Under the pieces are notes generated by a model. The model searched no databases, was not told the DNA's origin, and saw only the letters and a program-made list of their open reading frames with translations. Shown here piece after piece: positions 21,689 to 33,500 of a stretch of 64,000 nt of DNA; position 1 is the first letter of the stretch, and each line of letters begins with the position of its first letter. Origin of the DNA: Eutreptiella sp. 'Long Island Sound 2002' (Eukaryota > Protista > Euglenida). The translations under genes were made by a program, and so were the position numbers. Where the stretch lies: the NCBI GenBank assembly GCA_964036045.1, contig OZ038378.1, forward strand, positions 60,698,001 to 60,762,000, given 5' to 3'.

Positions 21689-22830
21689 CCCAAAATATCC
21701 CATTCGAAGTCCCAAAGGGATTTCTTCTTGGGTGTCAAACCCTGGAGTCGGCACACTGTAAAGGTATTTAGAATCACGTACCTAAACAAGAAGGCCTTCA
21801 AGGCACGGGTCCGGCTCTTGAACCGGCCTGTCTCACGGTGTTCTAGTGCCAATTGATTGGCACTGTGCCAATTGATTGGCACTGTCAACACCGTTCGCCA
21901 GCCGCCTGTATGCAGCCACAACAGGCGGGAGCTCATAACCACCTCTGTGGCGCACCCACGCACTAACAAACACACAGTTTGACAGAAATGGAACCACACG
22001 CGGTGGTTTGCTGCCAACTTTTGGGTTCTTGTACACATGGAGGCTATACTTGCCTCCTTTGGCATACGTTTCTGCGACAATGGAGGGTCGCATACCATCC
22101 CTAGCCAGGGACACCCCTTCCTGATCCCGTTTGCACAGGAACAAGAAGGGGTGCTGACGATGTGCCATTTGGTTTGCCACTAGGTGGCTTCCAAAGTATG
22201 AGTCGCACCCAATGGCAGTACGAGTAGGGAGTAGGTCCGCCCATCGGTGTACCATCTCCCGGGCAGTCCGAGGTCCAACCACCTGGGGTTGATACCGGAA
22301 GACTCTGACCCTTTTGCTTGCCTACAAAAAAATATCAGTTATAAAAGGGTGCATTGAGTCACCCAACACATACAATTTGATGCCCGTGCTATGGGGTTTT
22401 CTGGGGATGAACTGCCGCATGGGTCCACCCCTTTTCCCCTTGTGGGGGACAATGGATTCATCCCCTACGGCAGCCCACCCCCATACCCACAGGCTGGATC
22501 AATGGGCATTATTTGCCTCTAGGAGGTCTGCAGTACCACAATTGGACAGGCGGTGTGTTTTATAATACTCCTCCTTGGTTAATAGGGGGGCCAAGCCTTT
22601 GTGAGCACACAAAGCCGTGGGATGCCATACGTCATAGACTCGTCTTGGCCGCCACATCCCAAGCATGATAGGGAATAGGATGTAGTTGGTGAGCCCCGGG
22701 TCGCATAGCCCTGACCTTGTAGTATTTCCGCTTGTACCTCGGAAGCCTCTCCTGCTGTTCCTTGAGGGTCCCAACAAGACATGGACGCCACTAGCCGGGC
22801 AGTTTCCGTGGCGGTGGGCTCTTGTGAGTG
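21689..22830 (-). pseudogene. piggyBac-like DDD transposase core, inactivated
   Basis: TNYILFPIMLGMW..VYDVWHP; AVGDESIVPHKG...QFIPRKPHSTGIKLYVLGD (D1); IGCDSYFGS (D2); AYRRLANGVDSANQL (D3); RALKAFLFRYVILNTF. These match piggyBac motif order and spacing. Stops and frameshifts; C-terminus cut at 21689. Confidence 0.88.
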
Positions 22831-23279
22831 GACCGCAGATGCTGCATTACCCCAATGCGACACTAGGTTTGAACGATCCTGGCATCCAGGTCTTGCTGGC
22901 TGAGTTCCGCCGGGTCCTGGGTCCTCATCTGCAGCGACCCGGGGATACTGGGGCCACTCCGAAGGCCTGCACGAAGCCTCTCGAGGAGGGACAAACCTGC
23001 AGACAGAGAGTAAATGGTACATACTAAACGTAAGGCTGTCGAACACCCCAAGGATTGCAACACCATACCTTAGTATGCACTGTCAGTTTTGTGGGCTTTC
23101 TCCTGGCCTCTCTTCGCTGCTGTGGGGCCCTCTGCGTACCTGTTCGGCTGCCTCTTCGGGGCGTCAACATCATCATCCTCCGCGTCCTTCAGAGCAGCGC
23201 AGCTGTCGCAGCTGAGCTCTACTAGCATGAGGTTCAACGTGACAAAGAGTGGAAAGCATGTCACCAGGGATATAAAATG

Positions 23280-23545
23280 TAGTGCGCAGTGTTACCACCA
23301 TTGTAACCGCCTACCTGTTACCCGAAGAAAGTGTTACCCACAAGCAAAAAACCCAAAATGCAGTGTTACCACCCATGTAACCGCTGACCTGTTACCCGAC
23401 GAAAGTGTTACCCATAAGAAAAAAACCCAAAATGCAGTGTTACCACCCATGTAACCGCTGACCTGTTACCCGGGAAAAGTGTTACCGGGAAGCAAAAACC
23501 CAAAATGCAGTGTTACCACGCATGTAACCGCTGCCCTGTTACCGG
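23280..23545. repeat. ~70-bp GTTAC-rich tandem repeat (3-4 units)
   Basis: AAAACCCAAAATGCAGTGTTACCACCCATGTAACCGCTGACCTGTTACCC repeats; related units at 24955-25135 and dispersed at 25290-25562. Confidence 0.9.
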
Positions 23546-25578
23546 GGATTTACGTTACCCATCACGAAAATAGGGAACCACCAACAATGAACACAACATA
23601 CGTGCTTCACTTTGGGCTTCATCATCACTGAGAATCCCCTCTGTTCCCAACTCGTCCCACCACTTCTGCTTCAGCCGATCTAGGCACTTCGGGGAAGCTC
23701 CGGTGTGTGCCCCTCGAGCCCCGATTCGGTTGACCATGACAGGGATGGCGATTCCCAACCTACATAGGAACACAGTGGGAAACAGTTAGATGGCAACTAA
23801 ACATAACAATGTGCTGTTACCACGTGTGTAACCGTTGACCCGTTACCAGGGTAACACGAATCACACACCTTCTAGCTCAGTGCCCATCCAAATCTTTCTC
23901 TTCTTCTCGCACTTGCGGGTCTGGGGTCTTCTTCGGCATTATGGGGGGTCCCATCTTTAGCCACAATAGCCGGACCTGTCACCGCCAGACACTGCTGGTA
24001 ATGGGTTGCAACCTGTTTGAGGCCCCCAACTCTTCCCTGACATGGGTCTTGGCCCGTTCCAGGTGTTGTTGGTAGGTTGTTGAAGTTGAGGTTGTTTTTC
24101 TACCCTCCTGGGGCGGGCAGACCTGGACCTGGCCCCACCAGAAGCCGGACCCTTAAAGATAAAACTGGGGTGTGTGGCCTTCCCTTTCGCCTTTTTTTGG
24201 TTGGCCCTTGGGTTCCGATAGCGGTTCATCCTCCTCCAAATCATGTTCCTCCACCACATCCTCGTCACGGGTTTCACCTGTTGCTTGGTCACCTTCGTCA
24301 TCATCATCATCAACGTCCTTGTCAACATCCATTTGGGGCCTCTGCCGGGCTGCTTTGGCTGCAACTGAAGCTGGGGTGAGTGTTCGGGTCTGCTTTGGGG
24401 GTTTCAAGGCTGATTTCGTGGGGGCTCTGCTGGCTAATGCTGAATGGCTGCCACTGCCTGTACCTCCTTGCCCTTGGCCTTCTCTTGCCCCCCTTTGTAA
24501 AAACCCTAGGTGTTGGCACACTCCTTTGCCTGAAAGGTCACCGGCCCGTGGAGGGTCTGAATGTCCAGACATTCACCCTCATCAACGTTGTAGGCCAACA
24601 CCGTCTTCATATTCAGGGACGACGGGCTGCCCTTGGAAACCCAGCCGCAAACCAAGTTGGGCTGGCCTTGTTTCTTGGCCTTCAACTGCAAGGAAGGTAA
24701 GGGGACTAATGGGGGATGTTACCACCTGTGTTACCGGTAACAGGAACGTGTTACCCACCCCGTTGAAAACCAGGCACACCAAGCAATAGTACAAGGGGGA
24801 TACCTGAAGGACCATAGGAGCACCAGCACGGGCGACATCACCCCAACGAACGCTGTATAACGTTGATCCGGCAGTAAGCTCCTTGTATAACTTCTTTGGA
24901 ACCGGTGGTAGGGGCATAATGAGGGAAAAGAGGGCCCTAGTGGGACATGATTGGAATGTGTAGTGTTACCGCACGTGTAACCGCTGACTTGTTACCTGGG
25001 AAAAATGTTACCCAGATTAAGGAATGCCTGTGCAGATCTATTGGGCACATGTGTATTGTTACTGCAAGTGTAACCGCTGACTTGTTACCCAGGAAAAATG
25101 TTACCCAGGGGAAAAAATGCCACTGCAGATCTATTGGGCACAATTTTAGGTTTGCAAGAAATAGGCACCTCAAATCAAGACCAAAAAATTCATTGTGGAG
25201 TGCTAGGGTGTTAAGATCGAACTGACAGGGCCGTGGAGGTCGCGTTTTCTTGAGAGAATGTTATTTTCAATTATTATTGTACCTGTGCCCATTTGGTTAT
25301 TGTTACCGCTGATGTAACCGCTATGGTGTTACCCCGTATACCTGTTACCGCGAAACTCAAGGATTGCAGCAGGACACCAGGTGGGCGGGTAACACATTTG
25401 GGGTAACAACAAGCACGAAAAGGCAAACTTTGGGGTTCTTGCTGTCACATGTGTTGAATGAGAGGGTGACACTATGTTACCAAGCTCCGGCACCTCAAAA
25501 AACCCCCATATACCCCAACATGAAAAAAGTGACATGTTACCCCAAATTTGACCCTGTTACCGCCCTAGATAAAGGAAT

Positions 25579-26265
25579 ATGACCATCCAAGGTATGTAAA
25601 GCATGTTTTAGGCCGTATTTGTGTGTTTTTCACCTTGTTTGGGTATTGGGTGCGGGGCTTGGGGGGGGGGGGGGTCTCCCAAGGGATTGGTACACCACCT
25701 GCTTATGCAGTTTTTCACCCTGGGCAACTCCAAAATCGAAGTTTCCGAAACTTTTTTGTTGATATTGTGATCACCTTTAATGACCATCCAAGGTATGTAA
25801 AGCATGTTTTAGGCCGTATTTGTGTGTTTCACCTTATTTGGGTATTGGGTGCGGGGCTTGAGGTGCGGGGCTTGGGGGGGGGGGAGTCTCCCAAGGGATT
25901 GGTACACAACCTGCTTATGCAGTTTTTCACCCTGGGCAGCTCAAAAATCGAAGTTTCCGAAACCTATTTTTTTGATACCGTCATCACCTAAAATTACCAT
26001 CCAAGCTATGTAAAGCATATCTCAGGCCGTATTCATGTGTTTTTCACCCTCTTTGCGATTGGGTGTTTGGGGGGGGGGGGTCAAACGGGATGGGTACACA
26101 ACCTGCAGTGTTTCAGCCTATACAGCTCCAGAATCGAAGTTTCGGAAACTTATGTTTTTGACATTGTGATCACCTAAAATGACATTGTGATCACCTAAAA
26201 TGACCATCCAAGGTATGTAAGGCATGTTTTAGCCCGTATTTATGTAGTTTTTACCCTATGTTAGA
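25579..26265. repeat. S190 satellite, ~3.5 monomers
   Basis: Same monomer; includes a 21-bp local duplication near 26160-26201. Confidence 0.96.
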
Positions 26266-27294
26266 TGTGTGTTGCTTGGTGTAGATTCTTTGCGAGGTGG
26301 ACTTGCCGAAGGCAAAAGAATTTTCTTTGGCAAGGACACACACCACTATGCGTTGGGATTTGCAACCCTCCCCGAATGCATATGGATCGCCATATCACAC
26401 AATTGCAATTACCCAACATCAATCAGCCAGCCTTACCCAAAATGAGGAGGGGGGGGGGTCCAGGAGGCAGCTGTACAAGAATGTGGGTGCGTGTTTCTTG
26501 GTCTTGGTAGGAGCAGCATAACATCCCCTGCAATGTGCCCTTTGCCCCTCCTTGTGCATGTGGTGCACACACAAACAAAACTCTCCGTTGGTTTTTCTTG
26601 GTCCTACTCCTGCACAAAAAAGCGACACACAACCTGAAACCGCAGTCCCAAGCCACCCTTGCTTTTCATCAAAAGCCAAAACTTGAAAAATGGGCTCAGC
26701 CAGAAGTATCAACTGGCCGATTTACTTCAACTTTGTGGCACCCCCCCCCCCCCCCACATGCTGCCTGCTGCTACAATATTGGTACGCGGGATGACACCGG
26801 TCCTGCTTTGGACAGCACAAGTCGCTGCCTGCAGCCTACATGCAACAGGCAACGTACTGTCGTGTGCTGTACGGGAGCTTGGGGTTGCATAGTGCCAAAG
26901 GATATGACACATACGGAACAACAACTGCAGCATTGGCTCCACCATCGCAGCTTCTTTGTGGCCTCCAACACTGCCTAGAAGTCACCCAATGTTCGTCGTG
27001 AACCTTTGTTGTGCCTATGCCGTAGGAACCACTGTACAAAGTACTGACTGGTACCGTAAGAACAGATCTCCGTGATCATTTCTAAGCTGGTACCATAGTG
27101 GTGCTCGTACAAGAAGTCTGCAGTTGCCAGAGATGCTGCACTGGGCACAGATGTCCATCGCCTGGCAGAGATACACTCCAGATCTGGACTCAGAGCTCTG
27201 TATACAGGGCATGGGTGCTCACTGATATGGAAAAATTATCCAGGGCGCTTCAAAACAAAAAAGAAAAGGAAAGTAGGTGAAGGAGGGGTACACT

Positions 27295-27415
27295 CAGGGA
27301 AGTATTAGAACAGCCGTACACCATAGGAGGAGGGGGGTACCTCCCCTGACCCCCTCTATCCCCCCCCTTTGACCCCCCCCCCCCCTCCCTCTTCCCCTTC
27401 TAATGTGTCATTGAA
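27295..27415. mobile_element. Short MITE-like hairpin element (intact left TIR CAGGGAAGTATTAGAA, degenerate right end)
   Basis: TIR at 27295-27310, then GGAGGAGGGGGGT and a C-rich arm ending CCCTTCTAAT. Confidence 0.55.
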
Positions 27416-27660
27416 TTCACAGAGTCAGGGTCCCCTCTTTATTATTATTATTATTACTCTATTACTGGTACCCTTAAAACCCTCCGCCCTGCTCTCAACC
27501 ACTTCCCCAAACCTCTGCTAAACAAGCACAGGGGGCCACGGACAGCACCACTTCCAATTTTTTTTCTTTTTGGAACCATCTCTTCTTTCTTAAACGAGTG
27601 CATTGTGTTATGAATGAGGATTGGATGGCAAAAGGAGGGAACTTTCCGGGAAAAAATTTC

Positions 27661-27816
27661 AGACCAGAATATCTAGACCATCGCTGTGCATTGGCATGTT
27701 AGAGACTACCAGTACCCTGGTGGTAGATCACTGCACCTCCAACGTGGCTGGAGCTGGTTCGAATCCCAGCACTGCCACTCTGAGGGTTGGCAGGATGCTA
27801 CACAAAAAGAAAAAAA
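27661..27816 (+). mobile_element. tRNA-derived SINE-like element (Gly-TCC- or Trp-CCA-like head)
   Basis: A-box-like GTGGTAGATCA, anticodon-like arm with CTCCAA, B box GGTTCGAATCC (27756-27766), 3' hairpin CTGCCA...TGGCAG, A-rich tail, and AAAAAATTT on both flanks. Confidence 0.55.
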
Positions 27817-27841
27817 TTTTCTCCATTTTTTCACAGCTCAT

Positions 27842-27958
27842 CATGAAAGTACTGAAAATACTGGGATACCCCAGGAGGAGGGGGGTCCCAGCCAAACCCC
27901 CCCCCTCCCCCCTTCAGACCCCCCCCCTCCCGCCCCCCCCCCTTCTAATACTTCCCTG
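27842..27958. mobile_element. Second MITE-like copy (intact right TIR TTCTAATACTTCCCTG)
   Basis: 27943-27958 is the exact reverse complement of 27295-27310; same GGAGGAGGGGGGT core and C-rich arm. Confidence 0.55.
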
Positions 27959-30900
27959 GGTACACCCCCCCCCCAACCGGCGGCCGACTTTCGCCGATTA
28001 AGGTGAATTGTTCTGCCGATTAGTTGGGTTTCTGGATTTTGGCGATTTGTTTTGCCGAGTTGTTTGGGTTTCCAGGGCACCTGATAAGAAAAAGAGGTAG
28101 GATGGTCTGAGATGTGGACGTTTAATTTGGGTTATTGTTGATTTTATGTTTTTTTATGCTTGTTGTTCAGATTGACACCATGAAGTGTTTTTACTGCCCA
28201 CAGAAATGTCCATCTGTGGTCCCCTGGGATGCCTTGTCTCCCGCTGATCAGACTTTTCTTCGGGACAAGCACCCTAAGTCTGGTGAGGGTGCGGTTAACG
28301 AGTTGTGTGTTCACTCTGCACGCCCCAGTTCGTTCTTCATGCGCCGAGTCACCTAGTCAGGCTGCACGTCGTCGGCCACACAGTCACTGGATGGATGGGA
28401 AAAACACACAATTTTTCGATGAGTTTTAGTGATTCATGGCAGGTCATGAAAATACTGTTGCTGGGAATTCAACTCAGGACCCCGAGTTTGCAGTCGGCAT
28501 GCTTACCCACTGCAGTGGCTCCATTTCTGACATATGCTTGCTCAACTGTTCTATAGCCACTGACAACAATTTGTTTTAAAAAAATTGTGAGATATAATAT
28601 GTTCCCAAGTGATTTCAAGTGTCAAGGAAGGTCATTGGGTGCATGCAACTGAGATCCTGTTGGGCTGTGACCAGTGGCATGCTGTTTTGGTCAGAAATGG
28701 GTCCGCCGATTTGTTCCGCTGATTTGTTGGAATTTCTTCGCCGATTGGGGGCGGAGGGCTTGGGGGTAGAAGTGCAATGGGGTATCGGAAGACACCAAAC
28801 ATTTTCTGCCACAATATTTGAGGTTGTGTGTCGTGCATGTATACGCATATGCAAAGTCTGTGCAAGCACCCGATAGACGTCTGTACTACAAAAAATCATT
28901 CCTCTGCTTGCAAACGTCAATAGTGGGGTTCGGACCTTTGCTGGACTGCATGTTTTGTTTGCTGTCCCACTAATGGGCCTTTTGAGCCTACTTGGTTGCC
29001 CAATTGTCACCGTGGCAGCCAGTTTCTGTGTTTCATACCAGCCACTGCGCATATTTGTGTTGTGCAGGCGTACAGCCTGGTGCCCCAGCGCAACGCGCTG
29101 CAGAAAAATTTTTGGGGATGTCTGGGTACCTCATGATGTTCAGTAACCACCCACTGATCATGTGGCCTTCTCGGCCTGAAACTGAGACCAATCGACTGGT
29201 GGTACACGTACCCAAAAGAATGTGCCCCGCAAAATAAGCACACCAGACATTTTGGATTTCCAAAAACGGTGATGTGCATTTTCCAATTCCGAGGCATGGA
29301 GAGAAATTTGGGCCAACACCTTTTGCATTGCCATTCCGACGAATGTTTTGTCAAAGAAAAAGTGGTGAGGAGAGCTGGACCCAGCTTTCTTCCTGACAAA
29401 TGGATTTATGGTAAGAAGAACTCTTCCTAGTATCTCCCCCCCATGTTGTGTAACAACCTCCAGCATCCCCCCGCCCGTGGACAATTTAGATGGCTCTCCG
29501 TTTCAATTACCTCGAATTTTAACACAAGGCCAATCATCGGTGGACCGGTCATTTCAAAGTGTTCTTGAAATTACCGAAATGAATTGTTTTTCCTCCATTC
29601 CAAAGTGTACTACGGGTCTCAAATGATGCGAAGTAAATTGCAAAGCATGACCATGTGACGGGTCGTCTCGAACATACATACCCAAAGGAATGTGGGAAAG
29701 GGGTATGGGCGAAAGTGGCTCACATGCCATGATGAGCGTTACTGTGATAAATTGTTGGAGTACTTTGTGTGTCTCTTAACAATGGATTCACCTATTTCCA
29801 CCGCTTTGGCTGCTGATAGATCAATGTATTGGTCTCAGAATGTGTATATCAAGACGTGATCACTGTATTTCTAAACCTCTCATGCAATGGTCCTTGTGCC
29901 CATTACGGACAAAAAGCGCTGGGGTACATTGCAAGCGAAGAAGCATGGCACAAGTAGTCCCCGGATTTCGTTTAGCCCCATAAAGCAATTTGCAAGTCGA
30001 AAACGAGCCCACAAGAAGGCGCCTCTGCCAGCAGCCGTTGATGCCAACCCCTCGACCACATCGTTACCAAACCCCTACAACCAAGAGTCACGGGGGGTGC
30101 ATGTGAAGTCACCTACCAATATCAGCATTCATCTTCCCAAAGCGGTGTGTTGCGAGCAGGGTGTTGCTGGCAGGGCAAGCATCGAATCATTGCACCAGGG
30201 CTACGTTTGGGTGCAAGTTTGGACCACACACAAATTTCCGTGTGCTCTGAGGGTGTTTCACCGGGATATGGGTCTGTCTCCATCAAGGGGAGCGCCTGCA
30301 TGGCGCGCTCGCAACGGGGATGGTGACGAGTTTACTCTGCAATTGGCAAGCTGATTCTAAAATGCGAGTCACATCGCGACTCAGCCGCCAATCTGCGCCG
30401 CAAACTCTGCAAATTCCACTGAATGCCAGCGTTTCAGCAGAAAACTCATTGCTTGAGCTGTCGTGCACGCTGTGTGCGTGCCGTGCGGACTTTTCCTCTT
30501 TGTGTCTCGAATGACATTTCCTTGATGGTGCTCTCATTTCTCAAGATGGTGTGACGAAGGTGCCTACTGCTGTAACTCGTGCTCCAAAACCTTGAGGTAA
30601 TTGGTCCATTTTCGTCGACAGAATTTGCTGCATGACATGGCATTTCCTTGTGATAACACAGTGCTGCACCTGCCGCCGACGCCAACATGCCTCATGATGT
30701 AGGAGAATTCGGACTCGCAAAACGAATCTGACCGCGAACATGACTCCAACGAGGAGTCTTCCGATGGTGGTGTGAGTCCGAAAAGGCAGTTGCCGTTCAA
30801 GACACATCCGCCATTGCATCCATCACCACCCAGCACCATTCTCCCCACCAAGAGCTTGGTGGATGATGTGAGTTGTGGTTACAACGAAACTCCGCACAAG

Positions 30901-31967
30901 GCCCAACGCTTTGTGAGGTCATACCTTCCTTAATGGTGCCATATTGTGCTCTGCTGCTGGGTCTATTTAGTTACACTATCACCACACACAGAAACGTCGT
31001 GATAGATAATGATGCAGCAGTTTGTGTCGCCTTAGAACGCTTCCGGCGCGCCACTGGTGCCGAAGGGTGAACCCGAGGCCCTTACCATACGGCACAATGA
31101 GGTGGTTGCCATGGGGCACACCAAAGCACATGCCATAGGGCACACCGAGGCAGTACCATAGGGCACACCAAGGCAGTACCATACGGCATGCCAGTGTATT
31201 TACTGTACAATCTTTCAAAATTTAGGCTTTGCCACCAGGCAATTGCACATTAGTCACCTGTTTTGGTTTTTGGTGCACTTGCCAACATTTGAATGATTTT
31301 CAACATCATTAATTACTTCCCTAAAGTGGGGTTTATTTTGGGCGAGGACTGGCAGAGAGGGAGGAGGGTCCCTGGTTGTTGTCTAAGTCCAAATGTCATT
31401 TGTGTGTGCTTGGTGGTGCGCTAGGAGGTCCCACAATTAGTGGAATGCAGGTTACAGGATAGCTTATTTCATTTTTCCTGCAGTGTTGTGACCTCCCTTC
31501 TTCCCTGCAGCTCAAGCCCCACACCCTACGTCTTTGGGAGGTTACAGACAACGCAGTCTGCAGCTGCAAACACAATCATGCAACAAAATGTGGTGTGACT
31601 AGCAAGGATGTGGGGAACTCAGGTGATCACCAGGCATTTGCCAGGTGTTTGCTCGTGTGTCCACATGGTGTGAGGTGGTATAGGGCAGGGTATGGGCCGC
31701 ACCCAGGAAGTTGTGTAAACTCCACTGAAGATTAGGGTGCACTCGCAAGTACCCTCCCCCCCCTTGCAATCCCCCCCCCCCCGGGAGACCGTCACTTCCA
31801 TGTTTTTCTAGTTAACATATGTATGCTGGTTTGTATTGCCCATCTGCTTTACACATGGCCTTGCATTGCTTTCCCATTACTTCAAATCAAGCACCTGTGT
31901 GTGTTCTGTAATATTCTCTCTCCAAAGGCCTTGTATGGGTGTGTTGTGTTGCTACTTCCGACCCAAG

Positions 31968-32150
31968 ATGTTTTCTCCCGGTGACCATGTATGGTACCAC
32001 TCACGCACACTTGGTGCACATGTGTTGGCCACTGTCGTGGGCCCTTCACCAAATGGGCCACAGTTTTGCCACATTCGGTACAGACGCCCTGGTGGGATCA
32101 CTCCGGTGGATCATGAGAGCGCCCAACTCTCAAGGCTAGAGGCTGTGGCG
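31968..32150 (+). CDS. Short Tudor/SH3-barrel-like ORF fragment
   Basis: MFSPGDHVWYHSRTLGAHVLATVVGPSPNGPQFCHIRYRRPGGITPVDHESAQLSRLE has the F-x-x-G-D-x-V...A-x-V...I-x-Y beta pattern of Tudor-like barrels. Pattern recognition only. Confidence 0.4.
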
Positions 32151-32399
32151 GTTGAATCACCCAAGTCTCCAGAGTCACCCGACGTTACCCCCATGGCTCC
32201 GCAACCCCAAACACCGGCACAGCCCACACAACCCACTATGGCCGCAGTGGAGGGTACCACAGTTTGCCTTGAAATACCCTTGCAATCTCCCCCCCCTCCC
32301 GGGAGACCGTCACTTGGCGACCGTCCCCCCCCCCCCCCCAGGACACCGTCGCGCGCAGGGGGGGGAGGGTAATTAGGTAGTGTTACTGAAAGTGGAGGC

Positions 32400-33500
32400 C
32401 GCACCCAGCGATAGATGAGTTTCATTCACTGAATGTTAGGTTGCACCCATGTACAGTTGAGTGATGTCCAGAGAAAGTTAGCATCCCCGAAAGCTACCGC
32501 TCACCAACCAACAATTGCACACAGGACACCAAGTAATTAAGGTACCCTATTTTGCATTGCGGTGCCTATGCCAACAGTTGAGTGACTTTCACCATCATTG
32601 ACGACCCTGTCACTTGCATGGCGCTATTTGTGGGGTCCTCAAAGTAGGGTTACCATGGGGGGGAAGGGGTGAGCACCAAGTGTTGGCGAGATGCTTGGAT
32701 CCCATATGGTATTGGGTGGGATGCGGCGGGCTATGGGTCAAACCTGCGGAAAAATAGATAACGTCCACCAAAAGGTTGGTTGCGTTCACAAACAATAGAG
32801 CAACATCCACCAAAAGTTAGGCCACGCCTATGAACAATTGAGTAATGTCCAATGGAAGTTTAGCATCCCCTGCAAACAATGGCACACCGGACACGAAATG
32901 ATTGTAGTAGTCTCTTGCAATGCACTTACCAACAGTGGAGTGAAGTTCATTATTGTATACTACGTGGTGACTTGCATGGCACCATTGTGGGCTCTTGAAG
33001 TTGGGTTACCATGTGGGACTAACTGAGCACCAAGCATTGGCGAGGTGCATGCTTGGGGTCAAGGTATGTGCAGGTATCGAGCGGGGTATGGGGTTTCACT
33101 CTGGAATGCCTGAGTAACAACCACCGAAAGTTGAGCTGCACGGACAAACAGTTGAGTAAAATCCAGTGAAAATTAAGCTGCACCTACGAACAGTTGAGCA
33201 GCATCCACCGAAAGTTAGGGCGCACCTGTGATTAGTTGGGATACGTTCACTGACAATTAGGCTGCACCCACCAACAGGTGATTAGCTTTTGTCAAACAAA
33301 AGCTGGGCCTCACCGGCAAACAATTGCGCACCAGATACCAATAGTTACAAATTATTGAGGCAACCTGTGGGGTTGCGGTACATCTGCTTGCAATTGAGTG
33401 ACGTATGCCATCGCTGACAACGTTGTGACTTGTGACCTGCATGGCACTACTGTGGGCCCTCTGAGTAGATTTAACATGGGGCACCTGGGCGAGTTAACCC
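32400..33500. repeat. Degenerate ~360-460-bp repeat with internal short AAGTTAG/GTTGAG repeats
   Basis: GT(C/G)AC(T/C)TGCATGGC...TGTGGG...ACCATG block recurs near 32610, 32968 and 33432. Confidence 0.65.

Larger units (their letters stand above)
21689..25210 (-). mobile_element. Possible extent of the piggyBac-like element
   Basis: Minus strand reads TTAA|CACCCTAGCAC at 25214-25200, resembling a piggyBac left end with TTAA target. The other end was not found, and GTTAC repeats continue past this site, so the boundary is uncertain. Confidence 0.4.

Noticed and set aside
25562-25574. CCCTAGATAAAG as a piggyBac TIR
   Set aside because: Wrong orientation for the transposase to its left and not preceded by TTAA.
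27730-27800. Second HDV-like ribozyme (ACC-TCCAACGT-GG resembles the P3/L3 core)
   Set aside because: No convincing P1 partner or CNRA junction; tRNA A/B boxes explain the sequence better.
28100-30800. Possible Harbinger-like transposase (LDGSPF..PR, CHD) or APE remnant (LVGDFT on minus)
   Set aside because: Isolated short motif resemblances in different frames; no consistent catalytic set.
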